Positions 34,799 to 44,090 of a stretch of 64,000 nucleotides of DNA are shown here, piece after piece. Below the pieces are notes generated by a model. It was given only the letters and a program-made list of their open reading frames with translations, made no database searches and was not told where the DNA came from. Source of the DNA: a bacterium (GTDB lineage Bacteria > Patescibacteriota > Minisyncoccia > Minisyncoccales > UBA10102); contig JAUSJT010000004.1 of NCBI GenBank assembly GCA_030647485.1, positions 173,088 to 237,087 of the forward strand, written 5' to 3'. How positions within the stretch are numbered: position 1 is the stretch's first letter; every line of letters begins with the position of its first letter. The translations under genes were made by a program, and so were the position numbers.

Positions 34799-35691
34799 TA
34801 GTGCTCACTCGAAAAAAACTCTGGATAGGCGCACTCGTGGGGTTTTTGCTTTTTGTGTTGATCTTTATAACAATCTTTGCACCTGTGAGCAGGAAGTCCT
34901 CTATGGAAGTTATATTCTCCATCAAAAAGGGAGAGGGAAGCAGGGAGATAGGATACAACCTGCAAAGGTACGGACTCATTCGTTCTAGCCCGCTCTTTCG
35001 CATGTACGCAGTGATAACAGGGGTATCATTCAAGCTCCAGGCAGGGGATTATCTCTTAAGCCCAAGCATGTCGCTGTTTGACATGGTTAGGAAATTCACA
35101 ACAGGAGACGTCATACAAGAAAAACTCACCATTATTGAAGGATGGATCATTAAAGATATTGAAGACTATTTTGCAAAAAAGGGGCGCGTAATAGAAATCT
35201 CGCCTGATTTGGAAGGGTATCTATTCCCCGACACTTACCATATTCCAAACACTGCATCCAATAAAGAAATAGTTGGCATGATGCGTGAGAATTTTGAAAA
35301 GAAATTCAATAACGACTTACGACAAGAAACTTTACGGCAAGGAAAAACAATCGCTCAAATTATCACCATGGCTTCTCTTTTGGAAAAAGAGGTGAAGACG
35401 CTGGAAGATAAAAAACTAGTGGCAGGGGTCTTATGGAAAAGACTCTCTATAGGCATGGCCCTTCAGGTAGATGCCGCTCCCATCACCTATGCCGTGCAAG
35501 GGCTTCCTGCAGGGCCCATTTCAAACCCAGGGTTAGAAAGCATTCAGGCCGCTCTCTACTCAACAGACAACCCGTATTGGTATTATCTCTCAACTCCGGA
35601 AGGCCCGCCTGGCGGCGAGGCAAGCAAAACCATATTCAGCAGAACCCTAGGAGAACACAACATCGCAAAAGCCCGATATTTGAAAAACTAG
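34795..35691 (+). CDS. mltG: endolytic murein transglycosylase MltG (YceG-like)
   Basis: N-terminal TM helix followed by a YceG-like fold (LEGYLFPDTY, ASLLEKE). Confidence 0.85.
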   Translation: MIVLTRKKLWIGALVGFLLFVLIFITIFAPVSRKSSMEVIFSIKKGEGSREIGYNLQRYGLIRSSPLFRMYAVITGVSFKLQAGDYLLSPSMSLFDMVRKFTTGDVIQEKLTIIEGWIIKDIEDYFAKKGRVIEISPDLEGYLFPDTYHIPNTASNKEIVGMMRENFEKKFNNDLRQETLRQGKTIAQIITMASLLEKEVKTLEDKKLVAGVLWKRLSIGMALQVDAAPITYAVQGLPAGPISNPGLESIQAALYSTDNPYWYYLSTPEGPPGGEASKTIFSRTLGEHNIAKARYLKN

Positions 35692-35698
35692 ACTTAAC

Positions 35699-36451
35699 CT
35701 AGTTTTTAGAACCTCCTTTACGCCATTGTATTGCTTTCAATACTGGAGCATATAGATCATCTTTAAGTTCCATGTTCAGCTCTTTTAATTCTGCTTTTGT
35801 TGGATTCCTCTTTTGAAACTTCACAAACGGCACGTCCTCAATAACTGCTAAGGGAGTTTGTTCGTCTCCCTCTCCCATGAGAAGGACAGCCGCGGTTCCT
35901 AAGGCGTCAGCAACGGCTGCTTTTGTCATTTTTAGTTTTCTGCCAAAAATATCAGGCCTGCCAATATAACTATTGAGAGCCGCAAATCCGCTGTGCGCCA
36001 AGAACTGCCCACGCTGACCGCGAAGCATTGGAGAGCTTGTGGTATCGGTGATAATAATGCCAACATGTTGCAAACCGTACCTTTTTGCTAAGTGGGCGCG
36101 GATCTGATTTGCTGATTTTTGGGAGTCTTGGGGCCAAAGGATAAAAATGCCATTCCCGTTAGACTCGTCTATTCCAGAAGTAAACCCAAGTCTATGATTC
36201 TTTATGGTTAAAAGCATCCGGTATTTTCTTGAAGGAAGCACATGATAAAGATTGGCTTCTTTCTTTGCCAAATCAAGTTTGTCCTGACCGGTGTTTAACA
36301 CTGTCCTACCCTCGCATATAGCTACGATCTTTGAAGTGACCGCAACAACGGTGCATTCTTTCAGACGAGGCAGGTATCTATCTAGAATCTCAAAAATATC
36401 ACGGTCTCTTCCGGGGATAATCTTTCGTGTTTTCACAGGAGATACTCTCAT
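35699..36451 (-). CDS. CofE-like (F420-0:gamma-glutamyl ligase family) protein
   Basis: VVAVTSKIVAICEGR, DESNGNG and GIIITDTTSSPMLRGQRG match the CofE-family pattern. Confidence 0.65.
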   Translation of the reverse strand: MRVSPVKTRKIIPGRDRDIFEILDRYLPRLKECTVVAVTSKIVAICEGRTVLNTGQDKLDLAKKEANLYHVLPSRKYRMLLTIKNHRLGFTSGIDESNGNGIFILWPQDSQKSANQIRAHLAKRYGLQHVGIIITDTTSSPMLRGQRGQFLAHSGFAALNSYIGRPDIFGRKLKMTKAAVADALGTAAVLLMGEGDEQTPLAVIEDVPFVKFQKRNPTKAELKELNMELKDDLYAPVLKAIQWRKGGSKN

Positions 36452-36479
36452 TGGAGGATTGTAGCAAAAAGAGGGGATA

Positions 36480-36508
36480 TTGACAAAGAAACGAGAAGGG
36501 GATAGTAT
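36480..36508 (+). promoter_or_regulatory. promoter of the rplJL operon
   Basis: TTGACA, 17 nt spacer, TAGTAT. Confidence 0.45.
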
Positions 36509-36519
36509 AGCAACATATT

Positions 36520-36605
36520 CCGCAGACAGTGGGCGACCATAAGACCCACCGAGGAATGAGGCTCATGCCTTTCTTTGTCTGCGGAAACGCAGGCGTTTGT
36601 TTTTT
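36520..36605 (+). promoter_or_regulatory. ribosomal protein L10 leader-like structure with attenuator
   Basis: CCGCAGACA..TGTCTGCGG long stem enclosing an asymmetric region, then AAACGC-AG-GCGTTT followed by GTTTTTT. Located directly upstream of rplJ. Confidence 0.55.
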
Positions 36606-36651
36606 AAAAGAAATAAACGTCCTGATATAGAGAAGGATAATAATAGAAAAT

Positions 36652-37182
36652 ATGCCTAAAACAAAAGCGCAAAAAGCAATAACTCTAAAGGGATTAGGAG
36701 AACATATTGAGAAGCAGAACTCGATTCTTTTTGTTGACTATAAGGGGCTCAAGGTAAAAGAACTGCTCCTCTTGAGAAAACAGCTGAAAGAACTGGGGGC
36801 AAAACTCCAGGTCGCAAAAAAGACATTGCTCAAGAAAGCGTTGCAGGAAAAGGGGATAGACGTTGACCTGAAAGGAATGGAAGGGCAGGTAGCAGCAATC
36901 TTTTCTTTTCAAGACGCATTCTCACCTATAAAGAACGTAGCAATGTTCGCCAAGACAGCAGAAAAGCTAAAGATACTAGGGGGATACATTGAAAATCAAG
37001 TTAGAGACGCAAGCACCATGAAAGAGATCGGCTCCATTCCTTCAAAAGAAGAGCTGCTGGGAAGATTGGTAGGAAGCATTGCTTCACCCATGTCAGGATT
37101 CTTGAATGTCCTACAAGGAAACATTAAAGGTCTGGTTGTGGCATTAAACGCCATAAAAGATGCAAAAGCATCTGCTAACTAA
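36652..37182 (+). CDS. rplJ: ribosomal protein L10
   Basis: L10-like protein of 176 aa, directly upstream of rplL. Confidence 0.9.
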   Translation: MPKTKAQKAITLKGLGEHIEKQNSILFVDYKGLKVKELLLLRKQLKELGAKLQVAKKTLLKKALQEKGIDVDLKGMEGQVAAIFSFQDAFSPIKNVAMFAKTAEKLKILGGYIENQVRDASTMKEIGSIPSKEELLGRLVGSIASPMSGFLNVLQGNIKGLVVALNAIKDAKASAN

Positions 37183-37207
37183 AAACTAATAACTATAAAC
37201 TAACTAT

Positions 37208-37621
37208 ATGGCAGACGAAAAAGAAGTAGTTGAAGTCCCAGAGAAGTTCCAAGGACTTGTCTCAAGCGTTGAGAAGCTCTCGGTGCTTGATCTAGCCGAG
37301 CTCGTGAAGATCTTGGAGAAAAAGTTCGGAGTGTCTGCTGTCGCCCCTATAGCCGCAGCCCCAGCAACTGGAGCTGCCGCAGGAGCAGCGACAGAAGAGA
37401 AGACCTCTTTCAATGTCCAGTTGTCGGCAATAGGAGACAAGAAGATTGAGGTAATCAAAGTGGTCAGAGACGCAACAGGAAAAGGATTGAAAGAAGCAAA
37501 AGACCTAGTGGACGCAGCAGTTGCTGCTCCCCAAATGATAAAGGAGAATGCCTCAAAGGAAGAGGCGGAAGATCTCAAAAAGAAGCTTGAGGCGGCAGGA
37601 GCAAAAGTAGAATTGAAATAA
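37208..37621 (+). CDS. rplL: ribosomal protein L7/L12
   Basis: Ala-rich hinge and C-terminal [27 protein letters not shown]. Confidence 0.95.
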   Translation: MADEKEVVEVPEKFQGLVSSVEKLSVLDLAELVKILEKKFGVSAVAPIAAAPATGAAAGAATEEKTSFNVQLSAIGDKKIEVIKVVRDATGKGLKEAKDLVDAAVAAPQMIKENASKEEAEDLKKKLEAAGAKVELK

Positions 37622-37622
37622 T

Positions 37623-39416
37623 CTATTCTAGCTCTATGGCAAACACCCTGGAACCTGCAAGAAGGTACAGGGTGTTTCCGTTTTTAGAAACGGTAAAATC
37701 CAATAGTGGTTCTTGAACGTCTATTCGATACTGCCCTACCAACTCTCCAGATTTAGTAAGAAGGATAACTCGAGATTCTGAAGGATCAAGAATATACAAA
37801 TAGGGGAGACCGGAAAAAGTCTTCACCATAGTTGCACCTTTAAACAAGGGGAATACCAACGGTTGTATGTCCTCCTGCCAAAATCCTCCAAAATATCTCT
37901 GTAGCGTATTATCTTGGGCAAGTATCCAGATATCTCCGTCAATGGCCATAGACTTTGCCCCCGTAGGGAATTTCAACGATTCTTCGCTCATCCATGCCAA
38001 AGGAGCTCTGGAATTGTTCAAAGGATCTTCATATTTTGCAATGGTCCCTTGCTGGGAGTTGAGAATATACAAGTTCTTGCCGAATTCAGCCGTACGCGCA
38101 TCCAATCGTATAATTTTTAGATCTGAAACAATCTTTCCTTTGCGTTCTTGAAGATCAAAGACGAATATCTGGGAAGAAAAGGGGTTAAAAAAATACAAAC
38201 TCTCCTGCGCCAGCAGCATGTTTTGAGGGATAAGATCAATATCTTCCTGCCTTATATCCACAATCGTTGCGGGATCCTCAACGTATTGAATGTTGTTTAT
38301 AGAAAGGAGCTGCCGCTCTAACTCCTCTTTTAGGGCAAGAAAGGTTTCGCGAAAGGGAACTTCTTTACCCGTGTGGCTGGACGCTTTCTTCCATGCTTCT
38401 TGCAAAAGGATGTTTGCGCTTCTTGTATCATTCAACTCCAAAGCGTCTTTTCCCTCCTTTTGAATAACCTGTATTTGCAACACAATGGCTTGAGTTTGCC
38501 TCTGCAGATCTTTCTTTTCTCCCTGAAAGGTAAGAAAACCGCCTGCTAACAACACACAAAACGCGGCGATCATAATAATCTTCTGCTTTCTCGTGTCATT
38601 CAGAATAAAAGAAGGCGTCTTTGCCTTGAATACCGGGAAACGCAAAAGATGCAAAAAGGGGACCTGAAGCTTAGGGAGGCGTATGGAGAACATACTTCTT
38701 TTGAGAAAAGACAATGGGGATGCTTGAGGCACAAACTCTTCGACAAGAACGGCAAATAAGATGCCAGATAACCTGGAGAATGTCTTTTCTCGCTTCTTTA
38801 AGAATGCCTGGAATTGCTTTGCGTTAGAGGGAACGCTCAAGTCTGAAAGGGCGTTTTCTTTTTGCAGGGCATTGTATATGTCTTTTGTAAGAACAACTAT
38901 TTTATCCTGGGCAAACGCATGCAAAGAGACAACGCTTCCAAACAGCTCTGCTCCATGGGAAGAATCCTGGAGATTTTTCCCAAGATCCACCACGTTTGTT
39001 CCCCGAGTCATGAACACTTTCATGCCCCCGGTTCTAGCAAACACGACAGAAGACTTCTTCCCAGAGTTCTTTACATACAAAAGAGTTATATGGAGATTGC
39101 CGAGCCAGTCTACGTTTCCCTTACGAAGTTCTTGGGCAAAAAAGTCATTTGCTTTTTTCAAGAGCATGCGGAAAAAAGCGTCTTGAGACTTTGGGGTAAG
39201 GGTTAAAGAATATCCATTGGAAATAACTTTTGCAAATTTCTGCAGCAATCCTGAATTTTGGGGGAGCGTATGGCTAAGTTCTCCAACGATATACAGATTC
39301 CCGTGCGAAGAATCTTTTTCTGCTTGCCCGCCGATGAGGTGGGGCTCTATGGAAGAAATCTCAAAGAGCCGGTCTTTTTGCGCCTTTGGATTAAAGTAGA
39401 ATTCAAAGATTTGCAT
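37623..39416 (-). CDS. hypothetical membrane-anchored protein
   Basis: 597 aa with a central TM helix (IIMIAAFCVLLAGGFLTF) and a repeat-like beta-rich C-terminal half. No motif recognised. Confidence 0.7.
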   Translation of the reverse strand: MQIFEFYFNPKAQKDRLFEISSIEPHLIGGQAEKDSSHGNLYIVGELSHTLPQNSGLLQKFAKVISNGYSLTLTPKSQDAFFRMLLKKANDFFAQELRKGNVDWLGNLHITLLYVKNSGKKSSVVFARTGGMKVFMTRGTNVVDLGKNLQDSSHGAELFGSVVSLHAFAQDKIVVLTKDIYNALQKENALSDLSVPSNAKQFQAFLKKREKTFSRLSGILFAVLVEEFVPQASPLSFLKRSMFSIRLPKLQVPFLHLLRFPVFKAKTPSFILNDTRKQKIIMIAAFCVLLAGGFLTFQGEKKDLQRQTQAIVLQIQVIQKEGKDALELNDTRSANILLQEAWKKASSHTGKEVPFRETFLALKEELERQLLSINNIQYVEDPATIVDIRQEDIDLIPQNMLLAQESLYFFNPFSSQIFVFDLQERKGKIVSDLKIIRLDARTAEFGKNLYILNSQQGTIAKYEDPLNNSRAPLAWMSEESLKFPTGAKSMAIDGDIWILAQDNTLQRYFGGFWQEDIQPLVFPLFKGATMVKTFSGLPYLYILDPSESRVILLTKSGELVGQYRIDVQEPLLDFTVSKNGNTLYLLAGSRVFAIELE

Positions 39417-39502
39417 TGCTTCAGTATATCATTGACTTTCAGCAAATTCTATGATAGAAAAAAACATCTCGCGCATTCCCAACCCAAAGGAAGGAGATTC
39501 CA

Positions 39503-40063
39503 ATGCCAGACAGTATACAGTTCCTTGCGATATGCTTTTATTTCATCTTTCCTGCCTACGCCGCGAATATTGCCCCAATCCTTGCTAAGCGCTTCAATAT
39601 CTTATCCCGTCTCGACCTACCGATTGATTGCAATGCAAGATGGAATGGAAAACCTGTTCTTGGTCCGCATAAAACCCTAAGGGGATTCGTGCTAGGTACG
39701 ACAGTTGCCATTGCTGTGGTGCTTAGTCAAACCCTTCTGTATCCGTTCTTTCCGTTCCCCACGCTTGGCCTTGTAAACTATGCCCAGATCAATCCCTTTC
39801 TTCTTGGATTTCTTTTGGGATTCGGATCGCTCCTGGGAGATAGCCTTGGCAGTCTCATAAAGCGCAGAATAGGAAGAGCACCAGGGGAATCCCTATTTGG
39901 TCTGGATCAAACAGGAATGGCAATTGTAGCAATCGCGTCTGTGGTGTGGATATATCCATTGTCGCTCACCACAAGCATTGCTCTAATTGCTATGACGTTC
40001 CTTTGGCACATTACGGCGGCAAGGACGGCGTTCCTTCTGAAAATCAGGAGGGAGAAATGGTAG
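39503..40063 (+). CDS. CarS-like (CDP-archaeol synthase / DUF46 family) membrane protein
   Basis: FPAYAANIAPIL, PIDCN, GPHKTLRGFVLG and multiple TM helices resemble the archaeal CarS family. Confidence 0.5.
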   Translation: MPDSIQFLAICFYFIFPAYAANIAPILAKRFNILSRLDLPIDCNARWNGKPVLGPHKTLRGFVLGTTVAIAVVLSQTLLYPFFPFPTLGLVNYAQINPFLLGFLLGFGSLLGDSLGSLIKRRIGRAPGESLFGLDQTGMAIVAIASVVWIYPLSLTTSIALIAMTFLWHITAARTAFLLKIRREKW

Positions 40064-40096
40064 CATTCCATGCACCTCTACACGAGGTGCTTTTCT

Positions 40097-40124
40097 TTGA
40101 CTTTCACTCTTACATTACTATAAT
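40097..40124 (+). promoter_or_regulatory. promoter of tRNA-Val
   Basis: TTGACT, 16 nt spacer, TATAAT. Confidence 0.5.
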
Positions 40125-40138
40125 ATACGTGTACAAAT

Positions 40139-40210
40139 GGGCATTTAGCTCAGCGGTAGAGCGCTTCGTTCACATCGAAGAGGTGACAGGTTCGACACCT
40201 GTAATGCCCA
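40139..40210 (+). tRNA. tRNA-Val (CAC)
   Basis: Acceptor GGGCATT/AATGCCC, anticodon arm CTTCG-TTCACAT-CGAAG. Confidence 0.9.
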
Positions 40211-40277
40211 CAACGTACAAAATCAAAGATTTTTACGTTGTAGGAACGTAGAATTTGAAAACAAATTCGTACGTTCC
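40211..40277 (+). repeat. post-tRNA double-hairpin module, copy 1
   Basis: CAACGTA..TACGTTG hairpin followed by GGAACGTA..TACGTTCC hairpin. Same architecture as 47821-47896. Confidence 0.6.
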
Positions 40278-40348
40278 ACAGCATCAAAAAGGTCGCATAG
40301 GTATCTATTAACTAAAAACTAATAACTATAAACTAAAAACTGAAGCAT

Positions 40349-40636
40349 ATGGCAACTCAAGTTATTAAGAAAGACGGCTCAAAGCAACCATTTGATGTAG
40401 AGAAAATCAAAAGAGCGATCGAGGGAGCGGCAAGAGAAGCTGGTCTTCCCGAAGAACGTATCTCTCAAGTGGTTCGAGAAGTTTCTGAAGCTGTTATATC
40501 GCAAACAGGCGCACGAGACGATAGTTCTGAAAAGGAAATCGCCTCGTCTGAAATCAAGGCAATGATTTTGAATGAGTTAGACAGGGTAGATCCTAGTGTA
40601 TCTGCTGCCTGGAGAACATACGAAGCGTCAAAATAA
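40349..40636 (+). CDS. ATP-cone domain protein
   Basis: VIKKDGSKQPFDVEKIKRAIEGA is a typical ATP-cone start. 95 aa. Confidence 0.65.
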   Translation: MATQVIKKDGSKQPFDVEKIKRAIEGAAREAGLPEERISQVVREVSEAVISQTGARDDSSEKEIASSEIKAMILNELDRVDPSVSAAWRTYEASK

Positions 40637-40651
40637 GGAGTACTGAACAGG

Positions 40652-40677
40652 AGCCGTGCAAAAGCACGGCTTTTGTT
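40652..40677 (+). terminator. rho-independent terminator
   Basis: AGCCGTGC-AAAA-GCACGGCT followed by TTTGTT. Confidence 0.7.
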
Positions 40678-40691
40678 ATACAATAAAAGCT

Positions 40692-41075
40692 ATGGCAAGC
40701 AACCTCATCTTGGATTTCTTTATATGGTTCTTAAGGGAGGTTCCTCTCGCAATTGTAAAGGCATGGCGAAACACCTTGTGGTTTGCGTTTCACTATTTCT
40801 CTCTTCCCGTTCTTGTACTAACCTTTTTAGCGCCTTGGCGGCGTTATTCCTGGTCGTACAAAGGGGGATTTAACATCGGAGGATATCTTGAAGCTTTAGC
40901 AAGCAACTTTTTTTCAAGGATTATCGGAGCCACAATGCGCATCCCTATTATAGCCACGGGGCTCGTTTCGGTATTTCTAGTCTTTTGCGCGGGGGCGATA
41001 GTTCTTGTTTCGTGGTTTCTTCTCCCCTTGATTATTTTTTTGTTATTCTCTCATGGCCTCAGAATTCTTTTTTAA
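40692..41075 (+). CDS. hypothetical membrane protein
   Basis: Start MASNLILDFF lies after the terminator. 3-4 TM helices. Overlaps the start of the Clp-like gene. Confidence 0.5.
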   Translation: MASNLILDFFIWFLREVPLAIVKAWRNTLWFAFHYFSLPVLVLTFLAPWRRYSWSYKGGFNIGGYLEALASNFFSRIIGATMRIPIIATGLVSVFLVFCAGAIVLVSWFLLPLIIFLLFSHGLRILF

Positions 41076-43548
41076 CATTCAACAAAGCAGAATATGGGAA
41101 ACCATTTTCTTTGATCAAGTATTCTGCATAAAGAAAGTGAGGTTTTTACGCAAAGCGTTCCAGTGGATTCTTTGGACCCTATGCGTTGTGTTTGTTGTAG
41201 GATTTGTTGCAAAAACACTTTCTCAAGAAACCCTCTCCTTGGCGCTCGGGGGCATGTTTCTTTCTCTTGCCTTGATTGGAACCTTCTTTCTTGTTGAGTC
41301 CTTTGGAGAATATCTAAAGACAGGGCGCCCAGAAAAAGAAACAAAGAACCTTGCAGACGCCCTTTCTTTTGAAAGCGCCAAGGCGCTCAAGAATGCTTCA
41401 TCCTCATCACAGACGCTTTTGCGACTTGTGCGAGAGAACCCGGAACTTCACTTTGTGTTCAACAGGCTCTTGTTAAATTGGCAGAGCATGCAGAAACAAT
41501 TGAAAATCCTGAGTAGCAACGAAGGACTCAAGGGGCAACAAGGAACGGAAGATATCTTAAGATTGGTTGAAAAAGCATTTACAGCAGCTAAAGAGAATAA
41601 TCACAGAATTATAGAGAAGGGAGACCTTCTGATTGCGCTCGCAGAGGAAGAGCCGGTCTTTAAGGAAGCGCTCCGGGAACATGATATAAGCCCAAAAGAT
41701 ATTGGGAAAACCGTGTGGTGGTTAAGCATACTTGAAGAACGCATAAAAGAGCAAAAACAATGGTGGCAAGAGAAAAACTTAAGAAAAAGAGGAACTCTGG
41801 CACGCCAATGGACCGCGGGATTCACTCCAACTCTTGACCAGTTTTCTTTTGATCTTACTGAATCGTTAAAAACGCAGGGATCCCCACGGCTTGTCGGTCA
41901 CAGAAAAGAAGTGGAATCCTTAGAACGGGCATTGTCCAGGATAAAGGCAAACAATGCGCTTTTAGTGGGAGAGCCCGGGTCTGGCAGAAAAAGCATAGTG
42001 TATGAAATTGCCTTGAGAAGCATGCTCGGGGAAAGCGCACCCCATATAAATTACAAAAGAGTTTTGGAGCTTGACGTACTCGGCCTTTTAGCTCGCGTAC
42101 AAAGCTCGGCAGAACGAGAACAATATCTTGACCAGATATTCCAAGAAGTGGTGGCAGCAGGCAACGTTATTGTGTTCATTGACGACTTTCACAACTATGT
42201 AAGCTCGAGAAATCAGGGGAGGCCTGGATCCTTGGATATTTCAGCAAGCATTGCAAAATATCTCGCCACCCCTTATTTCCCCGTTATCGCCTGTACTACG
42301 TTCTCTGGACTCCATCAGGATATTGAACAGAATTCAGGCATACTTGGACTGCTAGAAAAAGTGGAAGTATCAGAGATATCTCCCGACGAGACATTTCAAG
42401 TACTCTTTCAGCTTGTGTTCTCCTTGGAGAGAAAATACCGCAAGTTCATCCCATACCAGGCCATACGAGACATTGTGAAGCTGTCTGGAAAATATATTCA
42501 GGCAGTTCCATTCCCGCAAAAGGCAGTGGATCTTTTGCAAGAAGCAGTGGTGTTTCTTAGCCAAACAAAAGACAAGGTATTGCTTGGCTCGCATATTGCG
42601 TCTCTGGTTTCTCAAAGAACGCAGATCCCAGTAGGGGACTTGGAATCAAAAGAGAAGGAGGTGCTCTTAAACTTAGAAGATCTCATCCACAAAAGAATTA
42701 TAGACCAGGAAGAAGCGGTAAAAGAAGTTTCTTCTGCGTTGCGCCGCGCAAGAACAGAAATAGGGTCAAGGAAAGGGCCCATGGGAACGTTCCTGTTCTT
42801 GGGCCCCACCGGAGTAGGGAAGACAGAGACTGCAAAAGCGTTGGCTGCCATTTACTTTGGGTCTGAAGAACGCATGGTGCGTCTTGATATGTCAGAATAC
42901 CAGAACGTCCAGGACACCGAGCGATTACTAGGTTCTGCAACCCAGGAAGGGATATTCTGCACCCAGGTCAGAGAAAATCCTTTTTCTCTTATTCTCCTAG
43001 ACGAATTGGAAAAAGCCCACCCCAACATTCTCAACCTGTTCTTGCAGGTACTAGACGAGGGGCACATCACCGACGGCATTGGAAGAAAGGTAAGCTTCCA
43101 GCACACCATCATTATCGCAACAAGCAATGCAGGTAGCCAGCTCATCTTGCAGGCATTGAAAGACCAGAAAGATTTTGCAATATTGAAAGAAGAGATCATT
43201 GACTATCTATTCAAAGAAGGAGTATACAGGCCAGAATTTATCAACCGGTTTGACGCAATGGTACTGTTCAAGCCCCTTGCCAGAGAACATCTCTTGAAAA
43301 TTGTGGACCTCATGCTTTCAAAACTTAAAAAGAATCTTGCAGAACGCGGCATTGAATTTTCTGCCACCCAATCCTTAAAAGAAAAAGTTGCAGACCTGGG
43401 GTACGATCCCAAGTTTGGAGCGCGGAACTTAAAACGCATTATCCAAGACAAGGTAGAAAATGTATTCGCAGTTGCTCTCCTGGAAGATAAACTCCAGAGA
43501 GGGGACAAGGTCGAGATGCAAGAAGACTTTACCATTACAAAACTATGA
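41053..43548 (+). CDS. membrane-anchored Clp/Hsp100-family AAA+ ATPase
   Basis: Two N-terminal TM helices and Clp_N-like repeats. NBD1 has atypical motifs (GEPGSGRKS; FIDDFH). NBD2 is canonical (GPTGVGKTETAKALA; LLDELEKAH). Confidence 0.85.
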   Translation: MASEFFFNIQQSRIWETIFFDQVFCIKKVRFLRKAFQWILWTLCVVFVVGFVAKTLSQETLSLALGGMFLSLALIGTFFLVESFGEYLKTGRPEKETKNLADALSFESAKALKNASSSSQTLLRLVRENPELHFVFNRLLLNWQSMQKQLKILSSNEGLKGQQGTEDILRLVEKAFTAAKENNHRIIEKGDLLIALAEEEPVFKEALREHDISPKDIGKTVWWLSILEERIKEQKQWWQEKNLRKRGTLARQWTAGFTPTLDQFSFDLTESLKTQGSPRLVGHRKEVESLERALSRIKANNALLVGEPGSGRKSIVYEIALRSMLGESAPHINYKRVLELDVLGLLARVQSSAEREQYLDQIFQEVVAAGNVIVFIDDFHNYVSSRNQGRPGSLDISASIAKYLATPYFPVIACTTFSGLHQDIEQNSGILGLLEKVEVSEISPDETFQVLFQLVFSLERKYRKFIPYQAIRDIVKLSGKYIQAVPFPQKAVDLLQEAVVFLSQTKDKVLLGSHIASLVSQRTQIPVGDLESKEKEVLLNLEDLIHKRIIDQEEAVKEVSSALRRARTEIGSRKGPMGTFLFLGPTGVGKTETAKALAAIYFGSEERMVRLDMSEYQNVQDTERLLGSATQEGIFCTQVRENPFSLILLDELEKAHPNILNLFLQVLDEGHITDGIGRKVSFQHTIIIATSNAGSQLILQALKDQKDFAILKEEIIDYLFKEGVYRPEFINRFDAMVLFKPLAREHLLKIVDLMLSKLKKNLAERGIEFSATQSLKEKVADLGYDPKFGARNLKRIIQDKVENVFAVALLEDKLQRGDKVEMQEDFTITKL

Positions 43549-43940
43549 AAAAGCCAGAAGACTATTTCAACAACGGAGAAGTATATGTCTGGAAAGAAAC
43601 CTTTGCGGTTGCAAAATCAAAAAAACCCTTGCCAGACGCGGTGGTCACCATTCAAGACAAGAATGAGATTACGGTGGTGATAGACCAAGAAAAACTTGAG
43701 GCCCACAAAGACGATCTCGTAGAAACAGACAGGGATTGGAAAATCATTACCTTTGACATGCTCTTGCCCTTAGACATGGTGGGATGGATAGCCAAGGTGT
43801 CAGACATCCTTGCGGACGAAGGAATAAGCATACTAATCCTTTCTGCGTATTCTACTGATCACGTACTAGTGAAAATGTCCGATCTTGAAAAGGCAACTAA
43901 CAAGCTGAAATCCATGGGTTGTAGGATAAGCGAGAAATAA
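43545..43940 (+). CDS. ACT-domain-like small protein
   Basis: C-terminal MVGWIAKVSDILADEGISILILSAYSTDHVLV resembles an ACT fold. Confidence 0.5.
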   Translation: MKKPEDYFNNGEVYVWKETFAVAKSKKPLPDAVVTIQDKNEITVVIDQEKLEAHKDDLVETDRDWKIITFDMLLPLDMVGWIAKVSDILADEGISILILSAYSTDHVLVKMSDLEKATNKLKSMGCRISEK

Positions 43941-43994
43941 GACATAAGAAGGAGGGAAAGAGATGGCCAGCATAGAGCTGGCTCTTTTCTTTTC

Positions 43995-44084
43995 AAATCA
44001 CCCAGTGGTGGAAAAATAGGAGGTTGCCTCAGGCGACTGACGTAAGAAACCGAAGGTGTCTTAAGCTGGGGGTCGGGGTGATTT
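43995..44084 (+). repeat. SR element copy E
   Basis: AAATCACCC-AGTGGTGGAAAAATAGG, GTTGCC-TCA-GGCGAC, AGAAACC-GAA-GGTGTCT, GGGGGTCGGGGTGATTT. Confidence 0.75.
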
Positions 44085-44090
44085 GCATCT

